A stretch of 64,000 bases of DNA from Gammaproteobacteria bacterium (GTDB lineage Bacteria > Pseudomonadota > Gammaproteobacteria > Acidiferrobacterales > SZUA-150). Positions 48,493 to 58,590 of this stretch are shown here, piece after piece. The number at the start of each line of letters is the position of its first letter. Position 1 is the stretch's first letter. A model generated the notes under the pieces. That model saw only the letters and a list, made by a program, of their open reading frames with translations, made no database searches and was not told the origin of the DNA. The DNA is taken from assembly GCA_029880545.1 (NCBI GenBank), contig JAOUOD010000004.1:141712-205711 (forward strand). Direction: 5' to 3'. The translations under genes and the position numbers were made by a program.

Positions 48493-49635
48493 ATGCCGGA
48501 GCTTAATTTTATTCTGCCGCACTGGCTTTATTGGGGCGGCTTGTTGTTGTTTCCCGCAGCCGCATTCTTTATTTACCGCAAGCAAATTAAACAAAAAACT
48601 ATCCAGGACAAGCCGGTTTCGCTGGCGCTGGCCTATTGCCTGCTGCTGACGGGTGGCTTTGTCGGTGTTCATCGCATGTATCTCAAGAGCATGTGGGCGG
48701 TCTCGTTTATTGTTCTGTTTGTATGCATCCAGGCGGTCAATATCCAGGTGCGGGAAGTGCGCGAACAAGTATCCGGCGTGAACAATGAAACAAGAATTGC
48801 CGAGTTCAGAATCGAGAGTGCGCAGAAGGCGATAGAGGGCGGGGATGAAGATGCCCCGGAAAAGCTGGCCCGGGCACAGTCGCGACTGGCGGAAGTCAAC
48901 GAGCGCCATGCCGTGATCAGCCAGACAAGCGACCGCTGGGATACCGCGGCCATGTCACTGGGATTGATTGTGTTGTTGCTGATGGCCATTGATGCCTGGC
49001 AGTTGCCGAAACTGGTCGGGAGACGCAATGAAGTCGAATCGGTTCGGGAAGAGGAGGGCTTCCGTTGTCCGGCGGTGGAATCGGAATATGATCCGGAGCA
49101 GGAGCCGTTCCGGTTCAACCGGATCGTTTCCAGGATCAACGGCATGTTCGGTGAGATGGTCGCCTACTGGTCGGTCATTGCGGTAGTTGTCTATTACTAC
49201 GAAGTCGTCGCGCGATACGTATTCAATTCACCCACCAACTGGGCCCATGAATCCATGTTCCTGATGTTCGGTATGCAATACCTGCTTGCCGGGGGGTATG
49301 TTCTGCGCGAAGGCGCGCATGTCCGCGTGGACGTCATATACGGATTCTTTTCAACCCGCACCAAGGCCATTATTGATGTCGTTACGTCCTTTTTCTTTTT
49401 TATCTTCATGGCGACGCTGCTGGTAACCGGGTACATCTTTTTCAACGATTCGTTGCAGGTGAGCGAAGTTTCATTTACTGAATGGGCAGTGCAGTACTGG
49501 CCAATCAAGTTTGCCATTCCGCTTGGCGCAGTATTGTTAATGCTGCAGGGTATTGCGCAACTGGTGAAGGATATCGCCGTATTGACGGGAAATGATTCCG
49601 TCGATCTCCACACCGAAGTCAGGCCGGAGGGTTAA
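48493..49635 (+). CDS. TRAP small permease (DctQ domain) fused to a roughly 200-aa N-terminal membrane/coiled-coil extension
   Basis: A strong AGGAG RBS lies 8 nt before the ATG. Residues 1-200 hold TM helices with a TM2-domain-like GGFVGVHRMYLK motif, a charged helical stretch and another TM. Residues of about 205-370 are typical DctQ (VARYVFNSPTNWAHE ... GAHVRVDVIY). The reading frame is continuous. Confidence 0.8.
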   Translation: MPELNFILPHWLYWGGLLLFPAAAFFIYRKQIKQKTIQDKPVSLALAYCLLLTGGFVGVHRMYLKSMWAVSFIVLFVCIQAVNIQVREVREQVSGVNNETRIAEFRIESAQKAIEGGDEDAPEKLARAQSRLAEVNERHAVISQTSDRWDTAAMSLGLIVLLLMAIDAWQLPKLVGRRNEVESVREEEGFRCPAVESEYDPEQEPFRFNRIVSRINGMFGEMVAYWSVIAVVVYYYEVVARYVFNSPTNWAHESMFLMFGMQYLLAGGYVLREGAHVRVDVIYGFFSTRTKAIIDVVTSFFFFIFMATLLVTGYIFFNDSLQVSEVSFTEWAVQYWPIKFAIPLGAVLLMLQGIAQLVKDIAVLTGNDSVDLHTEVRPEG

Positions 49636-49638
49636 AAC

Positions 49639-51003
49639 ATGGGATGGGAAATTGATATCTTCTGGTTGACCATTCTGATGTTTGGTTCGCTGCTGGTGCT
49701 GTTGATGGCAGGGTTACCGCTGGCTTTCGTAACTGGCGGCCTGGCCTGTATCTTCCTGTTCCTGTTTGGTGATGCACAGATGCTCAATATACTGCCATCA
49801 CGCATCTTCCCGTTGATGACCAACTACCAGCTGTCCGCCATACCCTTGTTTATATTCATGGCGTCGGTACTGGAGCGGGCCGGTATCATCGAAGAGCTTT
49901 ACGATATGGTGTACAAGCTGCTCGGAGGACTGAAGGGCGGGCTTGCCATTTCAACAATTATTGCCTCAACGCTGCTGGCAGCCATGTGCGGCGTAATCGG
50001 TGCAACCGAGGTCACCATGGGCATGATTGCCTTGCCGGCCATGGTCAGGCGTAACTACCACCCGACGATTGCCTGTGGCTCGATCCTGGCTGGTGGCACC
50101 CTGGGCATCCTGATACCGCCATCAATTTTGGCAATACTGTTTGCTGTCATCGCGCAACAGTCCGTTGGCGAACTGTTCATTGGCGCTGTTGTGCCCGGGT
50201 TGATACTTTCTTTCACATATATTTTGTATGTGGCTGCAGTGACCCATTTCCGGCCTGAATACGGACCGGCGTTGCCAGTGGACGAGCGTGTCAACACCCG
50301 GGAGAAAATCCGGTTGCTGAAAAACATGTTCGCGCCACTGGCGCTGGTGACACTGGTGCTGGGTATCATTTTTGCAGGAATTGCCACGCCGGTGGAAGCG
50401 GCCGGTGTCGGCACGTTTGGTGCCCTGGTGGTGGCATCCATGCATCGTCGACTGAACCTGGAAAATATCCGTTCTGCAGCACTGACAACACTGCGTGTAA
50501 CCGGCATGGTGTTATGGATCATATTTGGCGCCACTTTGTTTGTCGGTTTCTACGTGGTCAACGGCGGTCAGGAGTTTGTCAATGAAGCCATCGCCGGTAC
50601 CGGCCTCGGCCCTTACGGTGTATTGGTGCTGATGATGGTTATCCTGGTGGTGCTGGGCATGTTCCTGGACTGGGTTGGCATTCTGCTGTTGGCAGTACCG
50701 ATCTTTATACCGCTGTTGAAAACCATGTCCTTTGATGGTGTGTTTGGTTTGCCCGGCGTGGCACCGGAAGAACTGGCGTTGTGGTTTGGTGTTGTCTACA
50801 TGGTGAACATGCAAATGTCGTTCATCAGTCCGCCGTTTGGCTATGCGCTATTCTATCTAAAGAGTGTTGCGCCTCCCGGAGTTACCATGGGCCAGATTTA
50901 CCGTTCATCAATTCCGTTCCTGTTTTTGCAGGCGCTTGGACTGGCCATTTGTATTATTTTCCCCGAAGTGGTGCTGTGGCTGCCAAGGCAGGTATATGGC
51001 TAG
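49639..51003 (+). CDS. TRAP transporter large permease
   Basis: 454-aa DctM-type polytopic protein (AIPLFIFM ... LGILIPPSI). The start is 3 nt after the upstream stop. Confidence 0.9.
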   Translation: MGWEIDIFWLTILMFGSLLVLLMAGLPLAFVTGGLACIFLFLFGDAQMLNILPSRIFPLMTNYQLSAIPLFIFMASVLERAGIIEELYDMVYKLLGGLKGGLAISTIIASTLLAAMCGVIGATEVTMGMIALPAMVRRNYHPTIACGSILAGGTLGILIPPSILAILFAVIAQQSVGELFIGAVVPGLILSFTYILYVAAVTHFRPEYGPALPVDERVNTREKIRLLKNMFAPLALVTLVLGIIFAGIATPVEAAGVGTFGALVVASMHRRLNLENIRSAALTTLRVTGMVLWIIFGATLFVGFYVVNGGQEFVNEAIAGTGLGPYGVLVLMMVILVVLGMFLDWVGILLLAVPIFIPLLKTMSFDGVFGLPGVAPEELALWFGVVYMVNMQMSFISPPFGYALFYLKSVAPPGVTMGQIYRSSIPFLFLQALGLAICIIFPEVVLWLPRQVYG

Positions 51004-51084
51004 GAAGTTGACGCAGCAAATGTTGGCCGGAAGCAGCCGGGAGAACTGACCGGGCACTGGAGCCCGCGATATGTCGAGGTGATC

Positions 51085-53268
51085 ATGTTAACCGAACGTA
51101 TTGATGTTGCGGGCCTGCAGGTTGCCAAGTCCCTGTACCAGCTGGTGAAGGACGAGATTTCCCCGGGTACCGGTATTCAATGCGATGCGGCCTGGCAAGG
51201 TTTTGCGGAAATTGTTGCCGAACTCGCGCCGCGGAATCGTGACCTGTTGCAACGACGGGCGGAACTGCAGGCGAAAATTGATGCCTGGCATTTACAGCAC
51301 CGTGGCCAGGATTTCGATCCGTCAGCCTACAAGGCCTATCTTGAGAAGATTGGCTATCTCGAAGCAGAAGGCGAAGCATTCTCCATCACGACAGCTGAAG
51401 TTGACGCGGAAATTGCCACCATCGCGGGACCACAACTTGTAGTGCCGGTCAGTAACGCGCGTTACGCGCTGAATGCTGCCAACGCCCGCTGGGGCAGCCT
51501 GTTTGATGCGCTTTATGGAACTGATGTGATTCCGGAAGATGATGGCGCGCACAAGGGCGCCAGGTTTAACCCGGTTCGTGGTGCCAGGGTGATTGCCAGA
51601 GGAAAGGCGTTTCTCGACCAGGCCATACCGTTGCAAAACGGCAGTTATGTTGATGCCATTGCCTATACGCTCAGGGATGGCGAGTTGTCGGTAACCCTGT
51701 CCAGCGGCCAGCATACGGGATTACAGGATCCGTCCCAGTTTGTCGGCTATCAACAGGACAAGGAGAATATTTCTTCGCTGCTGCTGAAAAACAATAACCT
51801 GCACATCGAGATCCTGTTTAATACAGACCACCCAATACATGAGCTGCACCCCACAGGGATTCGGGATATCTACCTGGAGTCCGCAGTTACCACGATCATG
51901 GATTGTGAAGACTCTGTTGCCGCTGTTGATGCCGACGACAAGGTGAACGTGTACCGGAACTGGCTGGAATTAATGAAGGGATCGTTATCCAGTAAATTCG
52001 ACAAAAAGGGCCAGGTGATAACCCGCAAGCTGAATGGCAATCGTCGTTATAGCGCACCGGATGGAAGTTTTCTGGAAATTCCTGCGCGCAGCCTGATGCT
52101 GGTTCGTAACGTTGGGCATCTAATGACAACTGATGCGGTGCTGGATGCCAATGGCAGTGAAATTTTTGAAGGCTTGCTTGATGCTTTTGTCACCTGTTAC
52201 AGCGCCCTGCATGACTTGAAAGGCAACAGCCCGTACAAAAACAGCGCCAATGGAAATATATATATCGTCAAACCCAAAATGCATGGACCGCAGGAAGTGG
52301 CTTTCACGGTTGACTTGTTCGAGCGCATCGAAACGCTGTTCGGGATGAAAGAGAATACAGTCAAGCTGGGTATCATGGATGAGGAGCGACGCACCACGCT
52401 CAATCTCAAGGAATGTATTCGCGCCGCAATGTCGCGGGTTATCTTTATCAACACCGGTTTTCTGGATCGTACCGGGGACGAGATCCATACATCCATGGAA
52501 GCAGGCGCCATGATTCGCAAGAATGACATGAAGGCTTCCGCCTGGCTAAAAGCCTATGAAAACTGGAACGTGGACGTTGGCCTGGCCTGCGGCCTGGATG
52601 GCAAGGCGCAGATAGGAAAAGGTATGTGGACCATGCCGGAGCGCATGCATGACATGATGGAGGTGAAAATTTCCCATCCACTATCCGGTGCCACCACTGC
52701 CTGGGTGCCTTCACCGACAGCAGCGACGCTGCATGCGATGCATTATCACAAGGTGGATGTGTTCTCACTGCATCCGGATCTGAAACGGCGAGGGCATGCC
52801 AGTCTTGATCACCTGTTATGCATACCGCTGGCGGAATCTCCGGACTGGACTGCAGAGGAAATTCGCGAAGAGATCGATAACAATATCCAGGGCATCCTGG
52901 GTTATGTAGTGCGCTGGATTGATCAGGGCATGGGCGCATCGAAGGTGCCCGATATCAATCACATTGACCTGATGGAAGACCGCGCCACGTTGCGCATCTC
53001 CAGCCAGCATGTGGCAAACTGGCTTTACCATGGCGTAGTCAGCGAAGCGCAGGTGATGGCATCAATGCGGCGTATGGCCGAGTTTGTTGATCAGCAGAAT
53101 ATTGGCGCGCCCAACTACATTTGCATGGCGCCGCACTATATCAGTCTTGCATTCCAGGCCGCGCAGGACATGATTTTTCACGGCCGTCGTGCACCCAATG
53201 GCTATACCGAACCGACACTGCATCGCCGTCGCAAACAACTGAAAGCTGCGTTGCGCGGTGACCGTTAA
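51085..53268 (+). CDS. glcB: malate synthase G
   Basis: About 727 aa with MSG hallmarks ([13 protein letters not shown] ... [10 protein letters not shown] ... [10 protein letters not shown] ... the C-terminal domain). ATG 51085 follows GAGGTG. Confidence 0.95.
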   Translation: MLTERIDVAGLQVAKSLYQLVKDEISPGTGIQCDAAWQGFAEIVAELAPRNRDLLQRRAELQAKIDAWHLQHRGQDFDPSAYKAYLEKIGYLEAEGEAFSITTAEVDAEIATIAGPQLVVPVSNARYALNAANARWGSLFDALYGTDVIPEDDGAHKGARFNPVRGARVIARGKAFLDQAIPLQNGSYVDAIAYTLRDGELSVTLSSGQHTGLQDPSQFVGYQQDKENISSLLLKNNNLHIEILFNTDHPIHELHPTGIRDIYLESAVTTIMDCEDSVAAVDADDKVNVYRNWLELMKGSLSSKFDKKGQVITRKLNGNRRYSAPDGSFLEIPARSLMLVRNVGHLMTTDAVLDANGSEIFEGLLDAFVTCYSALHDLKGNSPYKNSANGNIYIVKPKMHGPQEVAFTVDLFERIETLFGMKENTVKLGIMDEERRTTLNLKECIRAAMSRVIFINTGFLDRTGDEIHTSMEAGAMIRKNDMKASAWLKAYENWNVDVGLACGLDGKAQIGKGMWTMPERMHDMMEVKISHPLSGATTAWVPSPTAATLHAMHYHKVDVFSLHPDLKRRGHASLDHLLCIPLAESPDWTAEEIREEIDNNIQGILGYVVRWIDQGMGASKVPDINHIDLMEDRATLRISSQHVANWLYHGVVSEAQVMASMRRMAEFVDQQNIGAPNYICMAPHYISLAFQAAQDMIFHGRRAPNGYTEPTLHRRRKQLKAALRGDR

Positions 53269-53277
53269 AGGTCGTTG

Positions 53278-53952
53278 TTACAGCTCGATATCGTGAAAGT
53301 TGTCCACCTGGCGGTGAACAGCATTGCCATTGATTTCGGTACCGCGAACCAGCCAGGTCGTATTCATGCCGGCCTCGGCGGCGGCATCAAGTTCCTCGAC
53401 TATGTCGGACAGGAACATGACCTGGTCGGCCGGCAAACCCAGTTCACCGATGATGTGTGAATAGGATGGAGCTTCGCGCTTGTGACCAATGCTGGTGTCG
53501 AAATAGCCGCTGAATAATGGCGTCAGGTCGCCGAATTCAGTGTGACTGAACAAGAGCTTTTGTGCATAGACCGAGCCCGAGGAATATACATACAGGGAAA
53601 TGGCCTGGTCATGCCACTGGCGCAGGCAGTCGACCGCATCCTCGTACACGTGTCCCGTAAAATCTCCGTTCCGGTAACCGGCTTCCCAGATCAGGCCTTG
53701 CAGCGATTTCAGTGGCGTCACCTTCTTGTCTTCATCGATCCAGGCCAGCATTTGCGCCACCACGGCGTTGTCGTCGGCTGCAGTACCCATTAATTCGCGC
53801 GCATCATCCAGCAATGCACGCACCGCCGGTTCGCCGCCATGCTGCCTGACATAGTCCGGCAATTGCCTGCGCGCATAGGGAAACAATACATCCTTGACGA
53901 AGGATAATGATGATGTAGTACCTTCGATGTCAGTGACTACCGCGCGAATCAT
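53278..53952 (-). CDS. mtnC: acireductone synthase (enolase-phosphatase E1)
   Basis: HAD motif I VVTDIEGTT, then FPYAR ... LQGLIW ... VYSSGSV ... FLSD. Confidence 0.88.
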   Translation of the reverse strand: MIRAVVTDIEGTTSSLSFVKDVLFPYARRQLPDYVRQHGGEPAVRALLDDARELMGTAADDNAVVAQMLAWIDEDKKVTPLKSLQGLIWEAGYRNGDFTGHVYEDAVDCLRQWHDQAISLYVYSSGSVYAQKLLFSHTEFGDLTPLFSGYFDTSIGHKREAPSYSHIIGELGLPADQVMFLSDIVEELDAAAEAGMNTTWLVRGTEINGNAVHRQVDNFHDIEL

Positions 53953-53954
53953 GT

Positions 53955-54512
53955 TCAGGCGTTACCTGTCATCTGGTCATAGCCGGGGAAGCGTTCGGCA
54001 ATATCGTTGCCGGTGAAATTGCCAACCCAGCCTTCAGCCTTGGTGAAAAAACGGATGCACTTGAAGTTCGGACTGGTACCCATGTCGAACCAGTGCGTGG
54101 TATTGGCCGGAACAGAGATCAGGTCACCTTTTTCGCACAAAACGGCATAGACATGACCTTCCTTGTGCAGGTAGAACATACCGCTGCCATCAACAAAAAA
54201 CCGGACTTCGAAATCATCGTGTGTATGTTCGCTGAGGAACTTGGCGCGCATTTCGGCTTTTTGCGGATGATCCGGACGCAAGGCAACAACATCAACAGCA
54301 GTGAAGCCGTAGGTGGAATTCAGGGTTTCGATATCTTTTTCGTAGGCAGCAAGCACGGCTTCCTGGTCAGCATCGTCCGCCAATGGCTGGCTGGCGTTCC
54401 AGCGTTCAAACTGTACGCCTATGGCATTGAGTCGATCAGCGATTTCCAGGTAATCCTCGAAATCCTCGTGACTGTTGGTGTTGCTGTCCCTGAATATTGT
54501 CAAACGACTCAT
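53955..54512 (-). CDS. mtnD: acireductone dioxygenase (ARD)
   Basis: Cupin with EHTHDDFEVRFFVDGSG ... VPANTTHWF. Confidence 0.9.
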   Translation of the reverse strand: MSRLTIFRDSNTNSHEDFEDYLEIADRLNAIGVQFERWNASQPLADDADQEAVLAAYEKDIETLNSTYGFTAVDVVALRPDHPQKAEMRAKFLSEHTHDDFEVRFFVDGSGMFYLHKEGHVYAVLCEKGDLISVPANTTHWFDMGTSPNFKCIRFFTKAEGWVGNFTGNDIAERFPGYDQMTGNA

Positions 54513-55129
54513 GATTTGTTGACCTCTCTTGATTTAAGTTCACAGGCAAACAGGAATTCAAATGCTTCCAGGTGGCGCAGTGTTTCCCTGACCGTGCGTC
54601 CCCAGGTATACAAGCCGTGCCCGGCAATCAGGTAGCCGTATATGGCCGGGTGAGTGCCCATGTATTGTTCGACCGCGGCTGCCAGGCGTGGAATATCCTG
54701 GTCATTGGCAAAAATTGGAATCGTGATGCTGGTATCGTGTGTCGTGATGCCGTTGAAGGCCTTGAGCAGTTCGTAGTCCCGCAATAACAGTTCATGTTCG
54801 TGCATTCGCGATAACAATGTCGCGTTCATGGAATGCGTGTGCAGGATTGCGCCAATATTTCCATCGCGCCCGTACAGCTGGCAGTGCAACAATGTCTCGG
54901 CCGAGGGATTCTTGCCCTCATCGAGCGACTGGCCCTGCATGTTGGCACGCATGATACCCTCGCGGTTCAACTCCCCCTTGTGCCAGCCTGATACGGTAAT
55001 GGCCATACTGGCGTCATCAATGCGCGCGGAAAAATTGCCGCTGGTGGCAGGCACCCAGCCGTGGCCGTGCAGTTGGTGGCCGGCGCTGATCAGTTCATCG
55101 GCAAGGTGCTGGTAAAGAGTCTGGTTCAT
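54509..55129 (-). CDS. mtnB: methylthioribulose-1-phosphate dehydratase
   Basis: Class II aldolase/adducin fold (GWVPATSGNFS ... ILHTHS ... GHGLYTWG). 4-nt overlap with mtnD. Confidence 0.88.
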   Translation of the reverse strand: MNQTLYQHLADELISAGHQLHGHGWVPATSGNFSARIDDASMAITVSGWHKGELNREGIMRANMQGQSLDEGKNPSAETLLHCQLYGRDGNIGAILHTHSMNATLLSRMHEHELLLRDYELLKAFNGITTHDTSITIPIFANDQDIPRLAAAVEQYMGTHPAIYGYLIAGHGLYTWGRTVRETLRHLEAFEFLFACELKSREVNKS

Positions 55130-55186
55130 GCAGTGATCATGTTGTCTGTGGATGGTCGATAGAATAGCGGTTCCACCGCGGGCGTA

Positions 55187-55211
55187 AAAGCAAAACTTGC
55201 CCGGTGGGCAA
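55187..55211 (-). terminator. rho-independent terminator after the PhoX-like gene
   Basis: The minus strand reads TTGCCC-acc-GGGCAA followed by GTTTTGCTTTT. Confidence 0.6.
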
Positions 55212-55299
55212 AATCCCGTGGCTTTGCAGCCCGGACCGATTCGTCGCCGCCGGCGAGATGAAGAGCGGCACCTGGCCTTGCTGCCGTGGCCGGGTAGTG

Positions 55300-56562
55300 C
55301 TAGTTGCGCTCAGGGCTGATGATGAGTGTACGGTCGTTTCCGTGAAAACTGTGCTGAGTATTGATAAACATGCGTCCGGGATCGGTGCCAAAATAGATTC
55401 CGCTGGCCTCAGCGCCCGGTGTCGACAGCGAGCCAAACAGTTCGACCCGGTCGGCGGTACCATTGCCGTCTGCATCGGGCCAGGCAACCCAGATATCAGA
55501 GGGGGAATTGTCTTCAACTATCCAGAGCCGGCCACCGGGGTCTGCGGCCAGGTTATCCGGTGCACGAAAGCCGGACTGGTTTGCTGATTCACCCGGCACG
55601 TTGGTGCCGGCCTTGACGAAAAATCGCACAACGGGCGCATCACCCGCGCCTATGGCCAGCACCGCATCTTCACAGGTGAGTGCCACAAAAATGGTTTGAC
55701 CAATACGCTCGATGTCTTCAGGCCGACAATAGGTTGTTGCCCCGGCCTCGGCAGCGGCGCTACGGGCATCTATCCGGGCCGCATCACCGGCAACGGCCAG
55801 CCATCGACCCTTGCCGGTTTTGCCGCCGGATACCTGCAATGCCTGGAGTTGCCCTTGCTCGAGATTGCCATAGCTGTCAGGTACAAACCGATAGATAGCG
55901 CCATGCTGATACTCGTCAATGACATAGACATTGCCATGTGCATCAACTTCAATACCTTCGTGGGCCATGGAGCCAAGAGCGGGTCTGACCTTTATCCACT
56001 GGAGCTTGCCAGGGTGGTTTAGATCGGGTTTGGCTTCGTATAACAGGCCGCGCCTGGCCTCGGGGTGATCCGGGTCTGGCAGTCGTGCGTTGCCGGTTTC
56101 CTCGGCGAACAAGAGTGTGCCCCAGGGCGTCCAGACAATGCCGTCCAGTGCCTCCCAGTCTCGCCGTTGCGCGAGAACATGGCCCTTGCCGGTTGCGAGA
56201 TCAATTATCGACAGGGCGCCGCCTTCGTAATCATCGATATTCTTGCCCGGCCGAACTTCGTGTGTGCGATACAGGTAGCGACCGGCGTGTTTGCCGGTTT
56301 CATTTACCGTGTTCATGTCCGGCCAGTCTGCCGCGGCCGGCCTGGTGCGCGAAAAAATGTTCAGCCGGTTTTCATCTATCAGAGTGGTTTGTCCGAATCC
56401 TTCCGGAAGCATGAATGGTTTGTCGTCCGGCAGGCTTCCCGGTGTGACCGAGTGCTTAAGCGGAACAAATGACCAGTTATCCGGTTGTGCTGCGAAAACC
56501 AGGTTGATCGACAGGGTTATGGTCAGCAAGACGAGTATTTGCCGAGAGCCGCGTAAAGCCAT
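55300..56562 (-). CDS. secreted PhoX/DUF839-like beta-propeller protein
   Basis: Sec signal peptide, then DUF839-type blocks (WTPWGTLLFAEE ... RPEDIE ... APDNLAADPGGRLWIVED ... ASGIYFGTDPGRMFINTQH). ATG 56562 follows AAGGAA. Confidence 0.62.
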   Translation of the reverse strand: MALRGSRQILVLLTITLSINLVFAAQPDNWSFVPLKHSVTPGSLPDDKPFMLPEGFGQTTLIDENRLNIFSRTRPAAADWPDMNTVNETGKHAGRYLYRTHEVRPGKNIDDYEGGALSIIDLATGKGHVLAQRRDWEALDGIVWTPWGTLLFAEETGNARLPDPDHPEARRGLLYEAKPDLNHPGKLQWIKVRPALGSMAHEGIEVDAHGNVYVIDEYQHGAIYRFVPDSYGNLEQGQLQALQVSGGKTGKGRWLAVAGDAARIDARSAAAEAGATTYCRPEDIERIGQTIFVALTCEDAVLAIGAGDAPVVRFFVKAGTNVPGESANQSGFRAPDNLAADPGGRLWIVEDNSPSDIWVAWPDADGNGTADRVELFGSLSTPGAEASGIYFGTDPGRMFINTQHSFHGNDRTLIISPERN

Positions 56563-56693
56563 TAAGTATTCCTTTAAATCGTTCGTATTTATCATCGGAT
56601 GATTGATCCGGTATTGCAATACTCTCGCGGCGGGATGCGACAGTTTGACGCACCCCTTTGTCAATTCAGGGGTCAGCACCTAGAATCAGGACT

Positions 56694-57947
56694 ATGAATT
56701 ACACGGTGTCACTGCCCAAGGAAAACGCCATCAATCTGCGCCGGTTGCTGTGGATGCGTATGGCGCTGTTGCCCGGTGTTGCCCTGGCAGTATGGCTGGC
56801 CGGGAATTATCTGCATGCAGAGCTGCCTGTAAATAGCATTACCGTGGTACTGGTGTGCATGGCGCTCGTTGGCCTGGCAACAATGCTGCGCCTGCGCGGA
56901 CCCTGGCCGGTGAGCAAGCAGGAACTGTTTTCGCAGCTGGTGTTTGACGTGGTGGTGTTCACCATTCTTCTTTACCTGACCGGAGGTTCCACCAACCCGT
57001 TTGCACCGGCGTACCTGTTGCCGCTGGCCATGACAGTTGTGGCCTTGCCCGGCATTTATGTCTGGGCCATGTTCGCCCTGACCACGATATGTTATACGTT
57101 TTTGCTGTTTAATTTCATTCCCTTGCCCATGGCGCACAGTCATGGTTTCCAGGTGCATATCTGGGGCATGTGGGTCGGGTTTCTGTTCAGTGCCGGCCTG
57201 TTTGCCGGATTTGCTGCCAGGGTTGCGGCAACCGTTCGCGAACGTGATCGAAGCATCGCCCAAATGCGTGAGCAGCAGGCGCGCAATGAAAAAGTGATTG
57301 CTCTCGGTACGCTGGCCGCCGGCGCGGCACACGAACTGGGTACACCCCTGTCCACCATGGCGGTAATCCTGAAAGATGTACAGGCCGATGAACCGATTCC
57401 TGACAACAGTCTTGCCATTCTGAAAAACCAGTTGGGCCGGTGCAAGGAAATATTGCTGTCGCTTTCAGTGGCTGCCGGTGATCTTCGGGCCGAATCCGGC
57501 CGCAGGATGCTGGTGTCAGATTACGTGACCGGCCTGCTGGATCAGTGGCGTGAATTGCATCCCGGCCTGGTCGCGCAGGTACATAGCAGTGCAGGTGCGC
57601 CGGAGACAGCTATTGTGGTCGATCGAACACTGGACCAGGCGATACTTAATATATTGAATAACGCCGCCGATGCATCACTTGCAGACGTAGAAGTTGAAAC
57701 AGACTGGAGCAACGATACCTTATTGTTCGAGGTGCGTGATCGTGGACCGGGCCTGCACAGGGACCTTGTGGACGCAGCCGGCAAGATTATTGTCAGCACC
57801 AAGCAGGAAGGCCTCGGTGTTGGTCTATATCTTAGTTACAATACACTGGAACGAATGGGCGGTGATATCCGTTTGTTCAATCGCGACGGCGGTGGCGCTG
57901 TATGCCGGATTCGGCTGCCATTGGCAAATATAAGGGCTGACCAATGA
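56694..57947 (+). CDS. regB: redox-sensing histidine kinase RegB/PrrB family
   Basis: Six TM with the quinone-site heptapeptide GGSTNPF, H-box AAHELGTPLS, redox-box Cys (LGRCKEIL) and an HATPase domain. It is followed by regA with a 4-nt overlap. Confidence 0.85.
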   Translation: MNYTVSLPKENAINLRRLLWMRMALLPGVALAVWLAGNYLHAELPVNSITVVLVCMALVGLATMLRLRGPWPVSKQELFSQLVFDVVVFTILLYLTGGSTNPFAPAYLLPLAMTVVALPGIYVWAMFALTTICYTFLLFNFIPLPMAHSHGFQVHIWGMWVGFLFSAGLFAGFAARVAATVRERDRSIAQMREQQARNEKVIALGTLAAGAAHELGTPLSTMAVILKDVQADEPIPDNSLAILKNQLGRCKEILLSLSVAAGDLRAESGRRMLVSDYVTGLLDQWRELHPGLVAQVHSSAGAPETAIVVDRTLDQAILNILNNAADASLADVEVETDWSNDTLLFEVRDRGPGLHRDLVDAAGKIIVSTKQEGLGVGLYLSYNTLERMGGDIRLFNRDGGGAVCRIRLPLANIRADQ

Positions 57948-58498
57948 CGGAAATGATTAACCCGGGCGAGAACCCGAGCTTGTTGATAGTAGACGACGAT
58001 GAAACGTTTTGTGCAGTGCTGGCGCAGGCTTTTGAGCGTCGCGGCTACGAGGTCAGGCTGGCGCATGATGTTGACCAGGGCATTGCCCTGGCCCGGCAAG
58101 AAAGCCCGGAATTTGCCATAGTCGATCTGCGCATGCCCGGTGAATCAGGGCTGGTATTGGTATCAGCGCTCAAGCAGGCCGACGAAAATACCCGTATCGT
58201 GGTATTGAGTGGCTATGCTTCTATAACAACGGCGGTTGAGGCCATCAAGCTCGGTGCTACCCATTACCTGTCCAAGCCTGCTGATGCCGATGAGATTGAG
58301 GCAGCGTTCTTCAAGGATGAGGGCGACAGTTCCGTTGATGTCAGCAACCGGCCGCTGTCGGTTCAGCGCCTGGAGTGGGAACATATCCAGAAAGTTCTGG
58401 GCGAGTGTGACGGCAATATTTCAGAAACTGCGCGGCGTCTGAACATGCACCGTCGAACATTGCAGAGAAAACTGGCCAAGCACCCGGTCAAGAGCTGA
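57944..58498 (+). CDS. regA: response regulator RegA/PrrA/ActR family
   Basis: Receiver (LLIVDDDE ... AIVDLRMPGESG ... LSG ... SKP) plus the highly conserved Fis-type HTH NISETARRLNMHRRTLQRKL. Confidence 0.88.
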   Translation: MTEMINPGENPSLLIVDDDETFCAVLAQAFERRGYEVRLAHDVDQGIALARQESPEFAIVDLRMPGESGLVLVSALKQADENTRIVVLSGYASITTAVEAIKLGATHYLSKPADADEIEAAFFKDEGDSSVDVSNRPLSVQRLEWEHIQKVLGECDGNISETARRLNMHRRTLQRKLAKHPVKS

Positions 58499-58590
58499 GC
58501 ACCACGTCCCGTGCCGGGTCGCTACACCGCGCCGGCTTGACTCATTCCCTTTTCGGTTGCAAGGGTATTCGCTTGGCCTGATGGCCGGCA

